Positions 51,882 through 62,275 of a stretch of 64,000 bases of DNA are shown here, in pieces (position 1 is the first letter of the stretch; every line of letters starts with the position of its first letter). Source of the DNA: Marsupella aquatica (lineage: Eukaryota > Plantae > Marchantiophyta); the NCBI GenBank assembly GCA_973895155.1, contig OZ316892.1, positions 28,668,307 to 28,732,306 of the forward strand, in the 5' to 3' direction. The notes under the pieces are model-generated. The model was not told where the DNA came from and made no database searches. It worked only from the letters and a program-made list of their open reading frames with translations. The position numbers were made by a program, and so were the translations under genes.

Positions 51882-52743
51882 TTCACTGTCCCGGATTTTG
51901 ATATATGAATAAGATAACATATTTCCCTGTAGAATGAAGGAAAGGAAGCGACAAAGAAGGACATGCAGGTGAGTGAGCAGGGCACACTTCCTGACTAGCA
52001 GATTATGTGAGGATTTGAGATGACCTGTTTGACAACAATTCAGGAGTTGTAATGGACACATTTTAAGACATGGCAGATGCAAGACAGACCTAAGATTGGT
52101 TCAGCTTGTCACAGCTAGAAAGACTCTAGCCAAAGAATACCATGATATTCAAGTGGACTGGATCCCCAATCTGTCTTTTAGCAAATTAATCTAGCACCAC
52201 TAAACCTCACAAGTTGCCCCGACATCTTGTGAAGTCAATGAAATGAATGCTTTTGGTTTGGTGAAAAAACCTCACAAGTGCCCCAACATCTTGTAAAGTC
52301 AATGGGGTGAAAGCATAGTACGGTAAAATTGCAGATAATTAATAGGGTTGCGGTCCACTGGAAAATTGTTTGAATCTGGGCTCAGCTCTTTGTCCTCTGG
52401 ACGTGTGGTCTGCCTCTAAGATGGAATCCGGATTTTGAAGTTGACCCATGTGTGAGATGCAATCCTAGCCATTCATATGTGAGAACAGGCCACACTTCAC
52501 TTTATATGAAGTTGGGAGTACAATCAAGCAAAACCATTTTCAAATCTAGTCATTTGTCGGTGGGATCCTTCTTTGTTGATGCATGCATGCTTTTCTGTCA
52601 AAAACTTGAACCACCTCTTAAGGTGGTCTAAAATACTGGAGCAAACTGCAGCTTCTTTTCAGGGAATTGCATTTATTATTCCAGCCTGGCACTTTTTGGC
52701 TCAGGTATGTTAACTTTTGTGTGTAGAAGTGGTAATCAACTTT

Positions 52744-52980
52744 GAGGGATTTGCTTTTCTGATCAAACCCCAAAATGAAATGTGTTACTTGGGTAGGACC
52801 CCTGAGTGATCCAGACCGTTGATTGACCTTGAATCAATGTACCCAAAACTTCAGGGGTTTATTTGGTAGAACCCCAGAGTGATCCAGACCACTAATTGAC
52901 CTTGAATCAATGTACCCAAAACTTCAGGGGTCCTATCAAGTAACACAATTTGTTTTGGGGTCTGATCAAACAAATCACTC
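52744..52980. mobile_element. Mutator-like fold-back MITE
   Basis: Imperfect TIRs of about 60 bp starting GAG(G/T)GATTTG; 10-bp TSD AATCAACTTT (52734-52743 and 52981-52990). Confidence 0.85.
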
Positions 52981-53129
52981 AATCAACTTTGCTTTAGATG
53001 GAGAGACACTGAAGTGCCCCCACCTTCTTGTAAAGCCCCCCTAAAGTGAAAATGAGACTTTGAAGTTGACTTACCGCACCATCAGCTATGCAGCTGGGTG
53101 ACTGAGGTCAGCGTCAGAAGCTATAGTAG

Positions 53130-53497
53130 GGCGTCTCACATATAGGGAGAGTGAGTAAATTTCTGGTCCCGGGAGTATCAGCACCTGGGCCTGCGGACAG
53201 GACTGGTCAGGCGGTGCCCATCACACCCAGGAATTTTAACCAAAACCCCTGCCCGACCACAATGAGAATACCAACAAAGAAAAGACCTAAAACCAGGAGT
53301 TATAGGCCATTGGCATTTGCACCCGCGACCCGACTCATAATTCACTATCCCAAAAAAATTTGGCCCACATCAACCCTGTCACGGTGCGTCCGGTGCGTCT
53401 CGGGCCACTCGTGTATGCAACTTTTTTTTCATATGTGCATCCGGTGCGTCTCGGGCCACCCATGTATGTAACTTTTTTTTTCATATGTGAAACGCCC
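53130..53497. mobile_element. MITE with TIR GGGCGT(C/T)TCACATAT flanked by TA
   Basis: TAGGGCGTCTCACATAT ... ATATGTGAAACGCCCTA. Confidence 0.7.
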
Positions 53498-54476
53498 TAG
53501 TGCTGACTGGAGAGACTCTTCTTCTCAAACATAAATGAGTTTGGGTCAAGGATAGGCTATGTCCTGTCAGTGAGCCAAAAACCCACAACCCGAGTATGGC
53601 CCAGACTATAACCACCAACCAGTGTAGATGCTGCGAAGACGTCGGACCTCTCAGATTGTAACCCGAGTATGGCCCAGACTAAAACCACCAACCGGTGTAG
53701 ATGCTGCGAAGACGTCGAACCTCTCAGAAGATGAGGTGATGGGTTGGTTGGTTGGTGGTTGTGATCCTCTTTGATATTGTATCTTGGCAAACGGTTTTGA
53801 CGGTATTATTGTCTTGATCTCTGCTCAAAATTTCACCTGCTTTGCTCTTCCGTATACACCTTTTTGAGCCGAACGATCGGTCATTTGGAAACTGTCACAT
53901 ACACCTTTTTGAGCCGAACGATCGGTCATTGGGAAACTGTCACAGTCATCTGTATTTCGAGGCTCAATAGTGTTTGGACGTGCGTGTGAAGCTGCTTGCG
54001 CGTACTGAATCCATAAGAAGGTTTTCTTGGCTTCGGCGGCTGTTCGACCGAGAATGGTCCTCTGTGGTAGGAAAATGGGGTCATGGAGGTCCAGGAACAG
54101 GCTACTGGTCCTAGATTTACTTTTAACACCGCGACTTATTAGGCAAATGCAACGATGCTGCATCTGCTCTGCACCCGGTGGCTTCTAGACCAAGAATGGT
54201 CCATTATCGTATGAAACATTGGGTCATGGAGGTCAAGGAACAGACTACATCTACTTTAATTAACAACGCGACTTATCAAGCAAATGCAAGGATGCTGCAG
54301 CTGCTGGGCCCCCAGTGGACAAACTACTCTGGCCGGTCCCCACCAGGATTGTGGTCAAAATTTGTATAAGATGGCTGTAATTTGCCCTGATCCATCTCTA
54401 ACACAAATGCCAACACAGCTCAATAGTAGAAGTCTCGGTCAACTTCACTCCCGTATTGTTCAGTTGGGTTCCCACC

Positions 54477-55667
54477 ATGTTTTTTTCACGCTATGTCTCT
54501 TTTTACTTCATCTCCACGTCTTTTGCATTATTCTCGGCAGCAGCGAATGCCGGTCAATTGCTGCTGCCGAAGCCAAATGGCACTTACGAAGTCGGTGTAG
54601 GTACCATGGAATTGATCGACGAGAGCAGATTCCAGACGTTTGCACCCACTGTTCAGCACCGCACTTTCATGGTATCCTTGTTCTATCCTGTCAGCTCACA
54701 CAAATCAACCAAGCCAGTCAACTATATGCCACCTGAAACAGCTGCTTTCGAAGATGGCTATCAGCAATCCTACTACGGCCTAGTAACCCCGAACGGCACC
54801 TTCGAAAAACTTGCTCTTCAATTGGCTGGCAAAAGCCATCAGACCCAAGGTACACTTGACTTCCCCATCGTCCTGTTCTCGCCTGCTCAAGGCACCTCCC
54901 GCCTGTTCTACAGTGTCATTGCGCAGACGATTGCAAGCTCGGGTTACATCGTCATTACCATCGACGCACCTTACGACGTCGACATTGTCGAATATCCAGA
55001 TGGCTCAGTAATTCTCGCCAATCCTACAGTCGCCGCCAACCCCACACAAGCCGACGTCGACCTTGCGGTCTCTGTTCGCGCACAAGACGCAAGCTTCGTC
55101 CTCGACCAACTCTCTAACGCATCCGTCATCTCACAGCTGATACCTGGCTCCTCACAAGGCATCAATGTCAGCAAGGTAGCCATGTTCGGACACTCATTTG
55201 GCGGCGCGGCAACTGCATCTGCCATGCTCAACGACAGCCGTATTGCTGGCGGAGTGGCCATGGATGGTTCTCTCTTTGGCCCCGTCGTCCAGAAGGGCCT
55301 TGACAGACCATTCATGTTCATGGCGCACACCAATCATACGCGTACTAACGACAGCAGCATGGGAGACCCAAGCAACTCATGGTTCGACATTTGGCCCAAT
55401 CTGCGTGGGTGGAAGCTCGACATCATACTCGCAAACTCGGGCCACTACACGTTCTCCGACTATCCCATCGTCTTGGAGACTCTTCGGATTGTTCCCAATG
55501 CGACAGCAGCTGCTACCCTGCAGGTAACAGATCTCAATGGCTCGCGAGCACTGAAGATAGTCACGACATACGTTACTGCGTTTCTGAACATGGTGTTGAA
55601 GTGCGAACCGTCATCTCTGCTTCAAGGTCCTACAGCCGCGTTTCCAGAGGTGACATTCGAACGTTAG
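54477..55667 (+). CDS. Secreted PAF-acetylhydrolase-like alpha/beta hydrolase (fungal/bacterial type), intronless
   Basis: CCACCATG start and a signal peptide. Motifs LPKPNGTYEVG..LIDESR..MVSLFYP, FPIVLFSP, ASSGYIVITIDAPY, RAQDASFVLDQL, nucleophile elbow GHSFGG, MDG and GHYTFSD give a complete Ser-Asp-His triad. Confidence 0.9.
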   Translation: MFFSRYVSFYFISTSFALFSAAANAGQLLLPKPNGTYEVGVGTMELIDESRFQTFAPTVQHRTFMVSLFYPVSSHKSTKPVNYMPPETAAFEDGYQQSYYGLVTPNGTFEKLALQLAGKSHQTQGTLDFPIVLFSPAQGTSRLFYSVIAQTIASSGYIVITIDAPYDVDIVEYPDGSVILANPTVAANPTQADVDLAVSVRAQDASFVLDQLSNASVISQLIPGSSQGINVSKVAMFGHSFGGAATASAMLNDSRIAGGVAMDGSLFGPVVQKGLDRPFMFMAHTNHTRTNDSSMGDPSNSWFDIWPNLRGWKLDIILANSGHYTFSDYPIVLETLRIVPNATAAATLQVTDLNGSRALKIVTTYVTAFLNMVLKCEPSSLLQGPTAAFPEVTFER

Positions 55668-56205
55668 GAAGATGAGGGTATAGAAGAGAGGGGTGTTTGA
55701 TGGGATAAAGGCTGCAGCAATGTGCAGTGGGATGATGCCAGTAGAACATCCAGCGATAGGCAAAAGTGGAGGAGTAGCTTGAAGTCAATCAACTCATAGC
55801 AAGCCACAAGTAATATTCGCACGGCAAAGGTTCATCAGACTCTCCGCGGCATTCCATTATCTGTAAAATGTTCTCCCATAGCACAACCTGAATTTGGTAC
55901 CAGGAATTGCAGAGGAGCTGGATCCGAAGTATCAGTTTGCAGGAGAAGATGGTTACTTGTTTAAGCGAAATAGTTTGTGACCAATTTCGCTTTTCCAATT
56001 TACGGAAGCATCGGTCAAAACTACTTCAACAAAGCATGGTATTATTGTCAGATGGGGTTCACAAATGAAAATTTTGCACAAAGATGGCTGCTTTCCACTA
56101 ACCACAAGTGCGAAGCTGAGCTACTAGAGAGTAAGCAGCGAAGGAACCAGTCAGAAAAAAACAAAAATAAATTCTGGAGCCTTTCTTTATACAAGCGACT
56201 ATTTT

Positions 56206-57063
56206 ATATATATATATCAAACTGCCAAAAAACAGAAGGTGCCGAACCGAGAGACATGATCCCACAGGCAAAAGACCCAATCAAGGGGGGAAACCACCAA
56301 GGGGCCAAGAAAAGCAAACCCAAAGACATGAACCCAAACGCCTACCTATCAGCAAACTGGAGAGCCTGGTAAAGCTCCGGTGTGAACTGCATGGGGGGGT
56401 CAAGCAAAGGAATCCTACTAGCGGCCCTAAGACCAACAGTCTCCCCCCTACGAAGAATAGTGAACGCCTGTGCCCGCTGAAGCGCAACAGACACCCTCTG
56501 TCTAAAGAATGCAGTGATGACCGACACAGGGGGATAGGGCCTCCGCTCGACGTACTGAACTGCGCAAGAGCGAAGAAAACGGTCAAAGGATGGGTGTAGC
56601 GCCCCAAAGACCTCCACGGCAAACGGGTAGAAGAGGTCCCCGGGGTACCGCACAGCATAGGCCTCCTCCTTCAGCCGAGCTGCCCTCGCGGCGGCATGGC
56701 CAGGTATATGAGCCGCCGAAGCCACATTGGCCCCACTAGTCGGATCAGCAACAACGACATCCCCAAGGGCACGAACACCAGCGCGAGAGAATACCAAATC
56801 TGCACGACGGCGATCAGAAACCCCATCCCGTGGAGGTAACACATGTCTCTGCTCCATCATGACATGGTAACCAGAATCACGGGCAATGGCCGCCACCACG
56901 TCCCGAATGTCGTCGTGTGTCGCAGTCCTCTCACTACCATGACCGCACCTGAGAATGTGAATGCCTTGCCCATCAAGGGGCGCACCACAGACGCAAGTGG
57001 GCTGACCCAAGAGGCAAGGGTGAGGAAGACCCAACCGAAGGCGCGTGGATGTGGTAAAAATAA
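56206..57063 (-). mobile_element. 5'-truncated CRE-like non-LTR retrotransposon (restriction-like endonuclease end; ORF 56342-57034)
   Basis: CxC..H..C knuckle, THD (RHD-like), RADLV..GDV, K..AY, PFAVEVFG and RVSVALQRAQA. (AT)n tail at 56206-56217; TSD ACTATTTT (56198-56205 and 57064-57071). Confidence 0.88.
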
Positions 57064-57071
57064 ACTATTTT

Positions 57072-57530
57072 GGTCCACGCTTCTTTCAACTTGATGAAGG
57101 TTCTCTCAATTATGTTGGGTAACAGAAGGGGTCTTGCTCTTATAGAAACTATCATTTTTGCTTAGTCCAGGAGAGCGCATGAACCCCCTGAAATGTATGA
57201 TAACTGAAACAAGGTAATAAATGTGCTCCCTCGTGGTCTTGGCTGCCGCAGTCACCGTCACCACAACCAACGAGACTCTCACTTCTGGTAACGAGATTGG
57301 TATCTCCATATATATTTGTCTGCATACCTGGAGAATGGTCACTTTGTTGGCATTGTACTTAGTTAGAAACGAGAAATTTTGACCATGTAAGTACAGTACT
57401 TATTTCAAAAATACCATTACTTCATGGACCCCATAAGATAGTCGTTATAATGGACATCCAGGCAGCCTCTGTCCTCTATCTCCGGTCACGACCAATCTTT
57501 TCAAATTTTGAAATCGTGACTGAAGTGTAG
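57072..57530 (-). pseudogene. Decayed fungal-type gene fragment (ILQVCRQIYME motif), interrupted downstream by the CRE element
   Basis: NKVTILQVCRQIYME matches the LLxVCRQIYxEA motif common in ascomycete hypothetical proteins. It is preceded by CTAACTAAG, a branch point adjacent to the acceptor. Confidence 0.45.
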
Positions 57531-57569
57531 GACCTGACTACCCTCAGTAAGGCACAACCAATATTCTTA

Positions 57570-58752
57570 TCTTACTACTATATTACTCTATCCCGCCAAA
57601 AGTGGATGTCATCTATTTACAAAATCACTTTTGGAGGGAAAATTCCATGACCCTTGGAATTATAAGCCCTTTTATCCTAGCCTTTCATTTGTCAAAAACA
57701 ATATCTCTAACCCAAGCAAACAAGACAAAGTATTTTGGTATGCACAAAGATTCTCTAAGAAGGGGGCATCATGGCATGCGACTCTATGTGAATGTCATGT
57801 GTTGCCATTGGAATGGGGGCACTTGGGACACCATTATGAGGGGATAGGGACTAGGAGACATAAAGGTCAAAGTAGGGAGGGGAATTAACGAGACACCCAT
57901 GGGTGAATGAACAGTATCATACCCTCCCATAAGTACAAGATAGGGGATAAGACAAAGTGGAGCAAAGGGAGGTGAAAATAAAGACAATAGTAAGGCAATA
58001 AGGCAATAAGAGGAGAAAAGGAGGAGAAAGGGGACACCCTTTCCTTTCATTGGGGTTTTTTTTAGGGGGGAGAAGGGAGAGGCAGCCCAAGAGAAAGGGG
58101 GGAGAGGAGGCAATTGAGGAGGGGGGTTGTCACCCTCCACCTAGAGTTGTGTAAATGTGTCTGCTTCTTCTGTTATCCTCACCTATCTTCTTTATCACTT
58201 TTGTAACAATATGTTTTTGACATCTTTTCTCCTCCATCAACATCTTTTCCTAACCTCAACATAGTTTTCTTGCCTTTACATCTTCTAATCATCTCAACAT
58301 CTTTTCTCCCCTCTACTTCTTTTGCACTCCTCAACATCATTTTGTCTCCTCAACATGTTTTCTCACCTCAACATTTTATCTTTTTTTCATCTCGTCATCT
58401 TTTTCTCACTTTGACATCTTTTTCTTGTCTTAACATCTTTTATCTCATATTGACATCTTTATCTCATCATGACATATTTTTCTCTCTTCGACATCTTTTC
58501 TCACCTCTACTTCTTTTATCTCATCTTGCCATCTTTTTCTCACCTTGACATTTTTATTTCATCACATAATCTTTTTTCGGTCTCTTGACATCTTTTTCTC
58601 ATCTTAACATCTTTATTCACCTGGACTTCTTTTTCCTCACTTCAACATTTTTTTTCACTTCAAAATCTTTTTTTCACTTCAAAATCTTTTTTTCACTTCA
58701 AAATCTTTCTTCACCTTGACATCTTTTGCGCAATGCACACGCATGGGGCTAG
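57570..58752 (+). mobile_element. Non-autonomous Helitron, same family as 32093-44008
   Basis: A|TCTTACTACTATATTA..CCCGCCAAAAG 5' end, ACATCTTTT minisatellite, degenerate hairpin GCGCAATGCAC and GGGCTAG|T 3' end. Confidence 0.8.
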
Positions 58753-59832
58753 TCATTTTAGATTACCCTAGAAAATTGTCTCATAATTCAAGGGCGTATA
58801 CACATTTTTTTATGTAAAGCATAGGACCGAGGTTCTTCCGAAGTGCGTTCAACTACTGTTGCCTTCAATGGCGCATTGTGACCTCGTGATAGGCAAAACT
58901 CAATTTCTGAAGCTTATCAAGTGCTCGTCTAGCTGATTTCCTTGTATATCGTTCGAAGTGCTCGTTATTTCTTTTATGAGGTTAGCTTCATTTTCTCGAC
59001 AACGGTTTTTGTGTCACATCTGTTTTTAGTCAAGACTAGCTTTCGCTTGAATCTTGACACACTATTCATGCAGGCGGGTTGTTACAGTCCATATGTAGCT
59101 ACAGGAGTGCTGTTGTGTGTCTCGATGCCTATCTATTGATATTTCCAATATAATCAATCTTGGAACAAGACTTTAAAATTTTGCATTCCCAGAGTCTTAC
59201 CATCTGAATGAATATCGGGCTCTCGCCGGTTAAGATCGTATGAACTTTGATCAGGCAGAAAAAGCTTTCGATTTGTATCCGGTACAAGTGTCTCAATGAA
59301 TATATATTTAGATGGTCGAACTCAACTGAAAACCCTGAAATGTTTAGAATGCAAACACCTCTCTCGTTGCTAGGCTGCACATTAACTTGATGATTAACCT
59401 GAAACGCAGATTAATATTTGCATGTGATGCTTCACACTGAAATTAGAAAATGACGGTCACTTTCAACTAGTCTTCCTGAAAATGCACCAAATGCGTAACT
59501 GGACTGTCTCCCTTTAAACTTGCTGCCACGAGAATTGTCTATTGTCCTAGTAGAAAGGATTTCTCATGGGACTAGTGATTCTCGTCCAATGCAACTTATT
59601 CACTAACAATTTCAACAGGCATTCGACTCAACCTTGGGCTCAGGTGTCTATTTCTATGCGAGCGATCACAAAGTGTACATAGAAATTAAATTAGATTCGA
59701 GTTTTGTTCTATTTTGATTTAGTAACTGTCGGTGTGTTATTCTTTACCAGTAGTAGCAGTGCCTCAAATCCAACAGTTATATCTATCAGAATGGAAGGTA
59801 TTCTGATCGGAAGCAGACAAACTTAATATAGC

Positions 59833-60034
59833 TACACGGATGGATAAGACACTAATTATGTACCGTCATTTTGTATGTTTGGAGTTCCTTTCTTGTTGAT
59901 TCTTAGAGTTGCATCCGAAATGGGATACACGTTACACGGATGGATAAGACACTAATTATGTACCGTCATTTTGTATGTTTGGAGTTCCTTTCTTGTTGAT
60001 TCTTAGAGTTGCATCCGAAATGGGATACACGTTA
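59833..60034. repeat. Exact tandem duplication of 100 bp
   Basis: TACACGGATGGATAAG...GGGATACACGT is repeated with period 100 and no mismatches seen. Confidence 0.95.
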
Positions 60035-60519
60035 TCCCAGTTGGGATTCAACTCAGAGTTTTAGACGTTTGGAGTTTAGGCTCTAGGGTGCGATCGATTT
60101 GAAGCTACATACTAACGATCGTTACCTAGAACAATCGTCGTCTACACACTACTCTCACAAATCGTTTGCTCCAGTAGTCAAATTGAATAGAAGGAGCTGA
60201 ATCAACTGCTTATGTAAATAGAGGGGGTTTGAGTTATTAAACTCGATCGATTGAAGTAAATCCCCACAGATTTCAATTGGAGCTCCAATCAGTACAAAAT
60301 GGCAACAATGGAATTGAACAAAATATACCGTGCTAAGGAGAATTCCTTACTGATGCACAAGTATAATTCGAAAATTCTACCAAGGCAGTTTCTGATCTCT
60401 ATGTCTACATTCGCTCCGCTGGCCTCACACTAGAACTCTACAACTCTCGTAAAGAGCGATACGGCCATTGAAAAGAGTTTCGAATTGTGTAAAACTTTCA
60501 TCTACAGTACTGAAAGAAT

Positions 60520-61750
60520 AACTACTCACCACCGAAGCCTCCACGCTTCCCACTTAGAACTCCAGAAGCGCCTATCCATATCTTAACGGGGCAACCTTCT
60601 ATGGTTCTCTCGCAAATATGGTACAATCATCACATTTTTACTACTAGTAGCTGGATTCCAACGTACTCCAAATTCCCATATTTTGTTTCGAAAGACATTC
60701 TGGCAGCTGCCACAGCACTTGAATTCTCTAAGATTTTATGCCATTCGTACTAAAAAAATTGAGAGGCATCTAGCCAGTTAAATTTTACCTTGTAGAGACA
60801 TTCAGATCGTCTTCCGTAACGAAATGTATATTATTCACATGCAGTCTATGTACACCCCTGAGTCACGAAGGCCTTCTTTCATGCGTCTCACTCGAAAATG
60901 TAAAACTCGGATCCTCTAAAATTATTGCAAGCTGTCAAAATTTAGGGTTAAACCCTATGGGCCAAGAGAGTACAACCATGGAATCAAATTCCAGGGCACC
61001 CACCAGGTGTACAATACAAGGTTCAGCTTTTGGCCATGTGCCATGCAATTCTCGTCTTCAAGCTAAAGTTAGCTAGAAGCTGTTGAAAATCAAAGCAAAT
61101 TTCATGCAAATAGAGAAGAGCTTCCGCCAACGCAAATCAATAGGTTTAGCGAAGCTCCTGCAGGCTGTTGTCTATGAGATGCTCCTTCTTGTCCCGTTAA
61201 TCTCTGCAATGTGTGTAGAGCTGCTGATCATCCGGTCCAATTTTTTGAACCAAACGACCTGGAGCAGTATTCACTCATTGTAACACGTGCATACTCTGCT
61301 GTTGAAGAGCTTTCATTGTATGCTCTGAGTGGACGTCAATCTCATCAAATCCAGCTTTTCTAAGCTCAGCGCAAAATTGTGTCAGTAGTAATAAAGCATA
61401 TCCTTCCCATAGCTTCATAGGAAAGCGTAAATCAGGAAAAAGGTAGGGTTTGACATGAGCTCTTCTATCCCAGCGAAGAGAAATCTTCTAGATAGGTACT
61501 ACACCCTCCGTAGAAAGCCGATGCTGCCATTAGTTTTGGACCCTGATGCGGTGAAGCTCATGTCAACATAAATGTAGGAGTTCAGCAGGAGCTTGGATGC
61601 TTGAGAGGTGCTTTCTGAATTTGAGACCTCCATGAACTGTTTTGAACGCTTGGATGCCACACTACACCCAACAAATTCTTCCTCGAAAGCTGAGCACTTG
61701 CTGGACGAATGCTCATTGAAGCTGTGAGACCATCTGCACCTGAGAAGTCT
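60520..61750 (-). pseudogene. Decayed LRR / F-box-LRR-like remnant
   Basis: Fragments LEEISL, SLEKLDLMRL, SLQELR and TIEGCPVKI in different frames with stops. Confidence 0.3.
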
Positions 61751-62275
61751 GCAGAGGTCGTCATCCTAACCGCCGATAGGAACAACGGCTGTCTGTATTT
61801 CTCACACTTCTCACTCTTCCAGCGACCATAACATGTCCCAGCAAACATATGGAAAGCCACCCAGCCCACGCGTTCTTCCAGGATTCCTTGTGCGAAGCTG
61901 TGACCAGCACAGGATACCAAAATTTTTGAACCTACACGACAGGAGCAGGAAATTCTCTAGTGAGTCAGTCATCATTGAAAGATGGTAAAGGTTCAAACGT
62001 ACGTTCACAAACGACGAGTCCAAAATTCCTATGAATACCACACAACATTGGATTGTAAAATAGTACATCTCATATAGGAGTTGTAACGTATGGCAGTGAG
62101 TGATAGAGTCCATCCTGTTTCTATAATGCAAAACACTCCAAAAGATACTGCAAAGCTTTGCATTCAAACTGCGTATGTCTGATGCCGGGTTACCTGCTTC
62201 AATGATAGAAACAACGAGCTCTCTGCTTCCTTTGAAAACTCCAGGAGAAGCTACACAAGGCTGAATTGATTTCAA

